Shown one piece after another: positions 18,660 through 26,450 of a DNA stretch of 45,368 bases. The notes beneath the pieces were generated by a model that was not told the origin of the DNA, made no database searches, and was given only the letters and a program-made list of their open reading frames with translations. This DNA comes from Bdellovibrionales bacterium (GTDB taxonomy: Bacteria > Bdellovibrionota > Bdellovibrionia > Bdellovibrionales > UBA1609), in the NCBI GenBank assembly GCA_050246815.1, contig JBFWVI010000025.1, forward strand, positions 1-45,368, given 5' to 3'. The position numbers were made by a program, and so were the translations under genes. Position 1 is the stretch's first letter. Each line of letters opens with the position of its first letter.

Positions 18660-21179
18660 GTGAGGAATGGCGTTCTTTATCTCATTCTAATTTTTATTTT
18701 TCTTGGACGAAGTCTGTCCATTGCGCAAGAGTCCACAGAGCTTTACGAGCTTGCGGATCTTAATGGAGGCAGCTCAATTTGCAGACAAGTGCGCGAACAG
18801 GTGGACGCCAAGGTTTGTGTGCCCGGTGCAAAACAATTCACCGAATTGAAACTTCAAGGAAAGGCCTGGGTGCGGACGGCCTCGGCGCGCAATATCAAAG
18901 TGAATCTATTTTCTAAACTCGGGCAGAGTTTTCAATTTGACGCCGAGATCGCACAGCAGCTGGGTGGAGTAAAACTGTGGCAGTCCAAGCGGGTACAAGA
19001 AAGTCTTAAGAAAGCTCAAAGTCTTTGTGCGCAGGCCGCCCCGGATGGGAGCCTTAAGCGTTCGTTCGACAAATTGATCGGTGAGGTTCAAGCGGATAGC
19101 CCGATTCGAGCGCAACTTAAAAAGTTAAATGAAGAAGAGCGCCAGATCGTGATGGGCCGCCAAATTTTGGCGCGCATGGAAAGTGTGCGGTTGACGAAGA
19201 CACTGAACAATAAAATGGAGCGTGGGACCGCTCGTGAACGACTGCGCGACAAGCGCAGAAACATTCAGCTGAGTTACCCCATGTCACAAGAGTTGACCCC
19301 CTGGACTGTCCAAGACCATCTGCAGGATCAGCCGAACTTCACCAAAACATCGCAGTTGGTCATCTCGCGTGAAGAAGAGCATTTGGTAGACTTTGTCTTG
19401 GGCTTGACCGAAGACGAAAAATCGGCCGCTCAGGCGCTATCAAAGCTCAAGGATCGTCGTGATCTGAACTGGTCCACTTTAATCGCGCAAAAAATCATCG
19501 CCAAGGAGCCTTTGCCACAAAAATTGGTGAAGGTCATGCAGGAGGATTGGGAGGAAACTTACGCGACTAAGGTCGAAGCTTTAGGAAAAATGTGTGATGC
19601 CACAACCTGCGAGGCCTATGACATGTCTCACCAGATTACCTTGGAGCTTCTCAATTCAACCCCCGCCCATGAGCAACAAAACCTGCTGGGCGATATGTGT
19701 CACTGCAATCTGTCGCATGGCACGGAATGGTTGCCAAGGGGCACCAACTGGGTTCTGGGCGGCGCGGTCTTGGGTGGCGTGGTTTCTTGTTTGGCCACGA
19801 ATGTGGCTTGCCCCGCCTTGGCCACAATCGGGGTCGCCAGCGCCACTATCACGGCAGCCGATTCCGTTGTTAACCTAAGCGACAGCCTGCGCATTGGTCG
19901 CTCGCTGCAGTTGGTGCGGCCCTTGCGCGGTTTGGATATGACGGGGCTAGAAAAAGAACGCCTACAAAAAGTTTCCGGTCGCGCCGCCTTAAAGGGTTTG
20001 GGTGAGGCCGCGATGGCGTCGACTGTCGTGGGAGCAAATTTTCGACATGCTTTTAGCCCCATTCAAGGTACCAAAGATGTGATTCGCTCGAACCTTGTTC
20101 GTGAACAATCGCTCGCGTGGCGCAAAGAGCTATTGGACAAATATCCGCAATACAAGGACCTGCCTAAGGCCGAGCTTGAGCGGATTTCCAAGGAGGTGAC
20201 AGAAAAAGGTGAGGGCTTCGTCGCCGAGGTTCTGAAAACAAAGGAAATTTCGGTGAAATCTTATTTGAACCAAGATGGCGAGACGATTCTAAAATACACT
20301 CAGGCGGCCGATTTTGACAGCATGGGTGGGCGTATTGTGGAGCGGGTTTTGGCTGTTGACGCCAAGACCGGCGCGATCGACGCCAACTTTCCCGGTGGTC
20401 AGCGTTTGGTGCAGGCTATTTTTGAAAGTGCCGAAGATGATCTGGTGTTGATTTTTAAAGACTTAAACCATTTGGGCGCGACCAATTACTTTCACCATGG
20501 CCAAGCCGCAGGCGATCTTTATTTGCAAGCTTTTGGGGCCGCAGTTCGGCAAAATCTTAGGCCCGGTGATTTGATGCTGAAAACTGGCGGTGATGAGTTG
20601 GTGTCGGTCGTGCCTCTAAAGGATCCCGCGATTGCTCAGAATCCAGAAAAAGTTCAAGATGCGGTCAACGGCCTTTTGCAAAGAATGGTGGATGCTGTCC
20701 ACAACAGTAAAGAGGCCGCCGCGGTATTCAAAACCCAAGCTAAAGTTTTGGTGGATGAGTTGAAGGCCGTCGACAAAGCATTAAGCGCGCAAGATCTACC
20801 TAAACAGCTGGCGGCAAAATTGACTCCAGAGCAGATGCAGTTGGCGAGCAGCAATTTTCCGCAATTTCGTGCCGAATTTTTGACCGCGCAAAAAGAAATG
20901 ATCAAAAAGCATGTGGCCTATCGACCCTCTATTTCGATCGGCGCGACCGTGGTGAAGCCTGGTGGATCCTACGAAGAGGCCAAGCTTTTAGCCGAAACCC
21001 AGGCCAAAATGGTGAAGGTGGATTACAAGGCGCAAATGGGTGCAAGCAGTGAAGAGCTTAGCAAATATCGCGTTCCGGTGAAGCCCGTAGAAGACACCGG
21101 CTTAAGGCGAGTGCAAGATATAAAGCCGCGGCCCTTGAATCCCGCCATTTTGGACCCGGGTAAAGCCGCCAAGGAATAA
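18660..21179 (+). CDS. Secreted/membrane protein with C-terminal divergent GGDEF (diguanylate cyclase-like) domain
   Basis: Signal peptide, then ~340-aa helical Cys-containing region, a hydrophobic segment, and DAKTG...KDLNHLGATNYFHHGQAAGDLYL...RPGDLMLKTGGDEL...SISIG. Confidence 0.8.
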   Translation: MRNGVLYLILIFIFLGRSLSIAQESTELYELADLNGGSSICRQVREQVDAKVCVPGAKQFTELKLQGKAWVRTASARNIKVNLFSKLGQSFQFDAEIAQQLGGVKLWQSKRVQESLKKAQSLCAQAAPDGSLKRSFDKLIGEVQADSPIRAQLKKLNEEERQIVMGRQILARMESVRLTKTLNNKMERGTARERLRDKRRNIQLSYPMSQELTPWTVQDHLQDQPNFTKTSQLVISREEEHLVDFVLGLTEDEKSAAQALSKLKDRRDLNWSTLIAQKIIAKEPLPQKLVKVMQEDWEETYATKVEALGKMCDATTCEAYDMSHQITLELLNSTPAHEQQNLLGDMCHCNLSHGTEWLPRGTNWVLGGAVLGGVVSCLATNVACPALATIGVASATITAADSVVNLSDSLRIGRSLQLVRPLRGLDMTGLEKERLQKVSGRAALKGLGEAAMASTVVGANFRHAFSPIQGTKDVIRSNLVREQSLAWRKELLDKYPQYKDLPKAELERISKEVTEKGEGFVAEVLKTKEISVKSYLNQDGETILKYTQAADFDSMGGRIVERVLAVDAKTGAIDANFPGGQRLVQAIFESAEDDLVLIFKDLNHLGATNYFHHGQAAGDLYLQAFGAAVRQNLRPGDLMLKTGGDELVSVVPLKDPAIAQNPEKVQDAVNGLLQRMVDAVHNSKEAAAVFKTQAKVLVDELKAVDKALSAQDLPKQLAAKLTPEQMQLASSNFPQFRAEFLTAQKEMIKKHVAYRPSISIGATVVKPGGSYEEAKLLAETQAKMVKVDYKAQMGASSEELSKYRVPVKPVEDTGLRRVQDIKPRPLNPAILDPGKAAKE

Positions 21180-21851
21180 TCACCAGGGCAGGTTCTGCCC
21201 TTTGAAATCAAAAAAACGTCCGCTGTCTTTTGTTTGAAGTTTACTGATGACTTGCCAAATGCCGCTGGCGGATTCGGAAATTTCCGTAGGCGCGCCGCTG
21301 CCACCCATGTCTGTTTTGACCCACCCGGGATGAATGACGACAGTTGCAAGCCAGGGATTGTCGATAGAAAAACTTTTGTTGATCATATTCAGCGCGGCTT
21401 TCGACGAACGATAGGCGTAATAGCCGCCTGAGGTGTTGTCATCGATTGAACCCATCTTGCTAGTCAGATGCACGACCTTGGCGGCCTTGCTTTTTTTCAG
21501 CAGCGGCAGAAGCTCTTTGGTTAACAGGAATGGTGCGATGGTGTTCACTTGAAAACTAGCCATCAGATCATTTTGTGTTTCGCCTTGATTAAAGACGCCG
21601 GCATTGTTGATCAGTAGATCCACCTGTGGCCACTGACCCGCCGCCGCGATGAGCTTTGCCGGTGCTTCGGGATCGGTGACATCCACTTCGCAGGTTTGCA
21701 GCAGATCGCCGTGTTTTTTCATCAAGGCTTCAAGCTCTGGGGATTTTTTAAGACTGCGGACCACCGCCAGAACCTGGTGCTTATTTTGTAAAGCCTGCGC
21801 GACCAGTTCTAGTCCAATGCCTCGCGAAGCGCCAGTGACGATCAAGTTCAT
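21180..21851 (-). CDS. Short-chain dehydrogenase, CsgA/C-factor-like
   Basis: TGASRGIG, LINNAG, SSKMGSI-like (TSKMGSIDDNTSGG), YRSSKAALNM, HPGWVKTDMGG; likely ATG at 21851 after AAGGA. Confidence 0.93.
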   Translation of the reverse strand: MNLIVTGASRGIGLELVAQALQNKHQVLAVVRSLKKSPELEALMKKHGDLLQTCEVDVTDPEAPAKLIAAAGQWPQVDLLINNAGVFNQGETQNDLMASFQVNTIAPFLLTKELLPLLKKSKAAKVVHLTSKMGSIDDNTSGGYYAYRSSKAALNMINKSFSIDNPWLATVVIHPGWVKTDMGGSGAPTEISESASGIWQVISKLQTKDSGRFFDFKGQNLPW

Positions 21852-21971
21852 GTGCCGTCCTTTTAAATTTTTTTTGGAATTTACTTTAATCTCTAGGGAT
21901 ACCCGCATCTTATAAAAAAATAACAGACTTGTAAAATCATTTCTTTCTAGGAAGATGAACGCGAGGTGTTC

Positions 21972-23270
21972 ATGCAAACAGATACAGTTTTAGCCGTGGA
22001 CTTTGGCACCAGCAACTCCCTGGCAGGAGCCTGGCAGAATGGAAAGCGAGTAGAAGCGCTGCCTCTTGATCCCAGTGCGTCAGACCCCAGTTTGATGCGC
22101 ACGCTACTTTATTTTCCGCATCAAGATGAGTGCTTCTATGGCCAGCAGGCTATTTTGCAGTTCATTGAACACGAACTGGAGGGGCGGTTGTTTCGTTCAT
22201 TCAAATCCCACCTGCCAAACAAGAGTTATCTGGGCACATTTGTCGGCAGTCGCATTTTGTCGTTAGAAAATCTAGTGGGCACATTTTTGCTCGAGATGAA
22301 AAAGCGCAGCGAGAAATTGCTGGGCACGCAGGTCGAAACTGTGGCCCTTGGCCGACCAGCCCGCTACTCCATGGACCCGGTGGCCGAAGGTTTTGCTTTG
22401 CATCGTATGCGTAAGGCGGCTGAGTTTGCAGGTTTCAAAAACATTCATTTTGTACCGGAGCCTTTGGCCGCCGCCTTTGATTATCGTCGCCACCTCAAAT
22501 CAGAAAAAGTTGTTTTGATCGGCGATTTTGGCGGGGGAACCTCAGACTTCACTTTGATCAAAATCGGGCCGTATCAATACCAAAAAGAACATGTGTTGGG
22601 CATGGATGGTTGCCCCTTGGCTGGCGATGCTTTAGACAGCTTGTTTATGAGTCAGCGCCTAAATGAAAATTTTGGTGCAAAGGTCCGTTACAAAATGTTG
22701 TTCGGTGGTAATCAACTGACTATGCCGGTTTCGATCATAGACCGTCTGAACAAGCCGGCTCATATTGTCCATTTAAAAGAGCCTGCCACCTATGAGTTCA
22801 TCAAAGAAGTTCGCAAGGGGGCGCTTCACGATCAAGATAAAAAGGCCATTGATCGATTGTTTGTACTGATCGAAGACCAGCAGATTTTTTCATTTTTTGA
22901 GCATATCGAGAAAACCAAGCGTGATCTTTCAAGCCACGACACGAGTGATTTTAGCTTTGATTACCCGGGCCTTGAGATGAAGGTGCCATTTCGTCGCCAA
23001 GAGTTTGAGCGGTGGGCCGAGATAACGAAACATAAGATTTTCTTGGCGCTGGAGGAATGCTTAAATCAAGCGCAGATGAGTCCAGCCGATGTGGATTTAG
23101 TTTCATTGACGGGCGGTTCTGCCCAGGTGCCGTTGATTCGCCTTGAGCTTGAACAGCGTTTTGGTGCAGACAAACTGCAGACCCAATCGCATTTCCACTC
23201 GGTTCTATCGGGGCTTATTGAGTCTGCGGGCTTTGTGGCTCAAGGGATCGGCTCATTTGACTGTGCTTAA
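21972..23270 (+). CDS. Hsp70-family protein (YegD-like, ATPase domain only)
   Basis: VDFGTSNS, EPLAAA, DFGGGTSDF, LTGGSAQVP; ~430 aa with no substrate-binding domain. Confidence 0.9.
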   Translation: MQTDTVLAVDFGTSNSLAGAWQNGKRVEALPLDPSASDPSLMRTLLYFPHQDECFYGQQAILQFIEHELEGRLFRSFKSHLPNKSYLGTFVGSRILSLENLVGTFLLEMKKRSEKLLGTQVETVALGRPARYSMDPVAEGFALHRMRKAAEFAGFKNIHFVPEPLAAAFDYRRHLKSEKVVLIGDFGGGTSDFTLIKIGPYQYQKEHVLGMDGCPLAGDALDSLFMSQRLNENFGAKVRYKMLFGGNQLTMPVSIIDRLNKPAHIVHLKEPATYEFIKEVRKGALHDQDKKAIDRLFVLIEDQQIFSFFEHIEKTKRDLSSHDTSDFSFDYPGLEMKVPFRRQEFERWAEITKHKIFLALEECLNQAQMSPADVDLVSLTGGSAQVPLIRLELEQRFGADKLQTQSHFHSVLSGLIESAGFVAQGIGSFDCA

Positions 23271-24113
23271 AATTAAGTCAATGATCACAAACTTCGCCGA
23301 ATTGCGGAAGCGATCCTTGTGCCACACCAAACTTAAGTCGACCGTCATGATCTTCTCACCGACTTGCTTAAGACCGTAGCGTTCGGCGATAGGGCTGGGC
23401 AGAAGGCCTAAGAAGCGTGTGCCTTTGGCGACGTTGGCAATGACTTCATAGTCGGCGGTAGGCAGCAGGCGGTAATCCTTATATTTTTTCAAAAGGTTGC
23501 CGCTTTTGATCATGGCGGGATTGAATAACAAGACGTTTTCATAAGGGCCGCCGGCGCCCCAGGCTGCCACGAATTCGCTTTTTAGGCGGCGAAATACCAG
23601 TTCTTGATTTTTCACGGGATTCACCACCACGCCCACATCGATTTGCAGGTCCGCCACCTTGCGGGTGATCTCTAAAGAAGAATCGAACTCGGTTTCAATT
23701 TTAAGACTGGGGTATTGCAAAACCACTTGCTCAATGAATTGTGGGTAGACGCTGGCCGCCACAGAGGGGTGAAAACCAAAGCGTAAATTGCCCGAAAGGC
23801 CCAGCTCTTTTCGAAGTTCTTCTGAATAAGAATCCGACCAATAGCTTTTGGTATTGATCAAGGCCTTGCGTAGCCCTTTGCCGTATTCCGTCAGCTCGAT
23901 GCCGCGTGAGCGTCGGTAGAAAAGCTTGTGCTCGGTATCCTGCTCGAGTTTTTGAATCACCTTCGAAAGTCCAGCCTGCTGAATGCCAAGTTTTTCAGAG
24001 GCGCGCAAAATGCTGCCGGCCTCCGCACAGGCAAGAAAATACTCGAGCTCTTTGGTAATCGGATTCACCAGTTCATTTTTGGTCAACCGCTTGGCTTTGA
24101 GAATAGGCTTCAT
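23253..24113 (-). CDS. LysR-family transcriptional regulator (true start may be GTG 24068)
   Basis: ELEYFLACAEAGSILRASEKLGIQQAGLSKVIQKLE...LFYRRSRGIELTEYG HTH. Confidence 0.94.
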   Translation of the reverse strand: MKPILKAKRLTKNELVNPITKELEYFLACAEAGSILRASEKLGIQQAGLSKVIQKLEQDTEHKLFYRRSRGIELTEYGKGLRKALINTKSYWSDSYSEELRKELGLSGNLRFGFHPSVAASVYPQFIEQVVLQYPSLKIETEFDSSLEITRKVADLQIDVGVVVNPVKNQELVFRRLKSEFVAAWGAGGPYENVLLFNPAMIKSGNLLKKYKDYRLLPTADYEVIANVAKGTRFLGLLPSPIAERYGLKQVGEKIMTVDLSLVWHKDRFRNSAKFVIIDLILSTVK

Positions 24114-24114
24114 A

Positions 24115-24131
24115 GGAATACCTGATATTCC
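24115..24131. promoter_or_regulatory. Dyad GGAATA-N5-TATTCC, candidate LysR operator
   Basis: Inverted repeat in the divergent region directly upstream of the LysR gene. Confidence 0.4.
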
Positions 24132-24256
24132 AAATTGAGCGAAGCGTCAAATGCCTGGACCATGAGGACGTGGCAGCGTTTGAATGCGAATTGATTTTGT
24201 AAATAGCCCATGCCAGAGTTTAAAAACGGAATCTATTTTCATCCAAGGAGAGCAGC

Positions 24257-24526
24257 ATGATACGTGTATTTCAATTGGCCGCCGCCGTTTTAATCGCCAG
24301 TGCTAGTACAATGGCTTTGGCGGGACCACCCACGATCAACGACAAGCCCACCGTCATTGGCCAGAAGTGCGTTGACTGGGCACTCAAAGAAACCGAAAAA
24401 ATTCACGATGCGGACAAACGTCGCGCGGAAGTGCACAAAAAGGCGAAAGAGTGTCTTCTCAAGAATAAAATGGATCCAAACGCTCGCGATTTAACCGAGC
24501 CGCACATCAAAAAGATGTTGAAATAA
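24257..24526 (+). CDS. Small secreted hypothetical protein
   Basis: AAGGAG RBS; signal peptide ending ALA; two Cys; basic helical mature part. Confidence 0.75.
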   Translation: MIRVFQLAAAVLIASASTMALAGPPTINDKPTVIGQKCVDWALKETEKIHDADKRRAEVHKKAKECLLKNKMDPNARDLTEPHIKKMLK

Positions 24527-24547
24527 TAAGTTCGAATTCTCACTCAA

Positions 24548-24574
24548 TCGCCCTTGGTGCAAAGCCCGGGGCGA
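24548..24574. terminator. GC-rich hairpin, possible terminator
   Basis: TCGCCCTTGG...CCCGGGGCGA stem after the stop at 24526; no strong U-tract. Confidence 0.3.
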
Positions 24575-24726
24575 GATAAAGAGACCCCCTAAAGTCCAAC
24601 CGCCTGTAGCAATTCCGCTTCAGGCATCTTGAGCAACTGATCCACGGTGAGCGCACGCAGGTTTGGATTTTTCAGTTTTTCGATTCACATATCAGTCAAG
24701 GTGTTGGCTCCCAGGATGTCGGCCTT

Positions 24727-24957
24727 ATGTCTTCAATGGACGTACTTTACGCCATCGATGCAAAACTTGAAGGCAATGAGACTCGCTTCATTAATCACTC
24801 AAGCCACGCAGCGAACTCAGTATACATTTTTATATTCCACAATCTGCGTTGGCGGGTATTGGTGGTCGCCAGTAAAACGATCAAAGCTGGTGAGCAAGTT
24901 CTCTCTGACTACGGCAAAACCTACTGGTCGGGCCGCCAACCACCAAAAGAATTCTAG
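24727..24957 (+). pseudogene. C-terminal fragment of a SET-domain lysine methyltransferase
   Basis: IDA...GNETRFINHS...N...VVASKTIKAGEQVLSDYGKTYW is the SET C-terminal signature. The in-frame upstream sequence to the stop at 24607 lacks SET N-terminal motifs (GxGxFA, EYxG). Confidence 0.8.
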
Positions 24958-25086
24958 ATGTCAGAAGCGCTGGAGTTATTTACTATCCACTTAATGATTC
25001 TAATATATGGCATCTGCGTTCTCACTAGACGTATTTTGATCGGTAGGGTGAGAAAACAATCACCCTTTTGAAGGGTAAGGCTGCCA

Positions 25087-25458
25087 CTAAAAGCTACAAG
25101 CCTTACGCAACTTTTTTATCGCCAGATTTTCGCTATAAAAAGTGCAAGATCCCAATTTGAGCACATTGCACAAAGCCTCTCCATTGCTTTTTACCATGGA
25201 GCAAGAGCTTGCGTTTGCGCCCCGACAAATGGCTTCGGCCGAAGTTTTGACTTGTGGGCACAGGTCTCCGCCCATATCGCGGCAAAGTTTGTTGGGCGAG
25301 ATATCTTTGTTATTATACCAGCCTCTCAGTGCTCTACAAATTTTTGAGGAGGGTGTGGTTTGCGCTACGGCTGCAGACCATGGGTTCGAAGAGAAAAGTA
25401 GAATGATAAATATGAACGAGACACAAAACCTTTTTTTCATACATTTAGACTCTACCAT
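25087..25458 (-). CDS. Small secreted Cys-rich hypothetical protein
   Basis: Signal peptide (MKKRFCVSFIFIILLFSS...AVA); mature part has 8 Cys in an internally repeated A-I/L-C-x6-7-C pattern; AT-rich. Confidence 0.7.
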   Translation of the reverse strand: MVESKCMKKRFCVSFIFIILLFSSNPWSAAVAQTTPSSKICRALRGWYNNKDISPNKLCRDMGGDLCPQVKTSAEAICRGANASSCSMVKSNGEALCNVLKLGSCTFYSENLAIKKLRKACSF

Positions 25459-25465
25459 ATGAAGT

Positions 25466-25542
25466 TGGCGGACCCGGTACGACTCGAACGTACGACCGCT
25501 CGCTTAGAAGGCGAGTGCTCTATCCAACTGAGCTACGGGTCC
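25466..25542 (-). tRNA. tRNA-Arg (anticodon TCT), CCA encoded
   Basis: GGACCCG acceptor pairs with CGGGTCC-G-CCA; D-arm TAGCTCAGTTGGATAGAGC; anticodon stem CTCGC/GCGAG with loop CTTCTAA; GTTCGAGTC T-loop; 77 nt. Confidence 0.97.
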
Positions 25543-25725
25543 GCATGGATTTAAAATCAACTGACTACCCCTATATGCCACCCGCCGACCAGTCAGTCAT
25601 TATCGGGAAGTGTTTAAGATTTATTGCCAAGATGCGGGCTTAAGACCGTCAAAGCAAATGTTTTGCGCTGCGCAATGGGCTGGCTTTAACCCCCAGTTAA
25701 GTCTAAAACAGGCCTGCAAAGCGAG

Positions 25726-26391
25726 GTGCCCATGACTGCCGATGAACAGACGATCTCAGTGGCCGATGTTTTGAAGGCCGTTCGCCCCACCCCTGTGATC
25801 AATTCTAGTCTGGAGTGCGAGGCCCGCATTCAGATCATTGCTGAAAAGTTCAAGGACATCATGGTCGCCTTGGGGCTTGATCTGACCAACGATTCGCTTA
25901 AAGGCACACCCACACGGGTCGCGAAGATGTACGTGAACGAGATATTTTCAGGTCTCTGGGATAAAAACTTTCCCAAGATCACCACCATCGAAAACGACAT
26001 GAGTTACGATCAGATGATCGTGGCCAAAAGAGTTTCGGTCATGTCGACGTGCGAGCATCATTTTGTCACGATCGATGGTTTTGCCACAATCGGCTATATC
26101 CCCGGTAAAAAGGTGATCGGCCTGTCAAAGCTGAACCGCATCGTGCGCTTTTTCGCTCGCCGTCCGCAGGTGCAAGAGCGCTTAACCAAACAGATCGCGG
26201 ATTGTTTGGTGGCCATTCTAGAAACCGAACATGTCGCGGTTCAGATCGAGGCGAAACACTATTGTTTGGTTTCGCGTGGGGTAGAGGACATCGCCAGCAT
26301 CACCGTGACTTCGGATTTACGTGGTGATTTTAAACGCAAACCTGAAACACGCGATGAGTTTTTACGACATGGCCACAGTGCCGCTATTTAG
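25726..26391 (+). CDS. folE: GTP cyclohydrolase I
   Basis: TPTRVAKMY, STCEHHF, VIGLSKLNRIV, RRPQVQERLT, HYC..SRGV, TRDEF. Confidence 0.96.
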   Translation: MPMTADEQTISVADVLKAVRPTPVINSSLECEARIQIIAEKFKDIMVALGLDLTNDSLKGTPTRVAKMYVNEIFSGLWDKNFPKITTIENDMSYDQMIVAKRVSVMSTCEHHFVTIDGFATIGYIPGKKVIGLSKLNRIVRFFARRPQVQERLTKQIADCLVAILETEHVAVQIEAKHYCLVSRGVEDIASITVTSDLRGDFKRKPETRDEFLRHGHSAAI

Positions 26392-26450
26392 GGTGCACTA
26401 GAGCCAGTTGGTTTTGGTCAGTTAAGACATCTCGTCATCAATTGCCTGGC

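Noticed and set aside
21852..21977. N-terminal extension of the SDR ORF
   Set aside because: It spans the AT-rich divergent promoter region, and the Rossmann motif begins right after ATG 21851.
24960..25470. Intact integrative element at tRNA-Arg
   Set aside because: No integrase, and I found no duplicated tRNA 3' end; only remnants.
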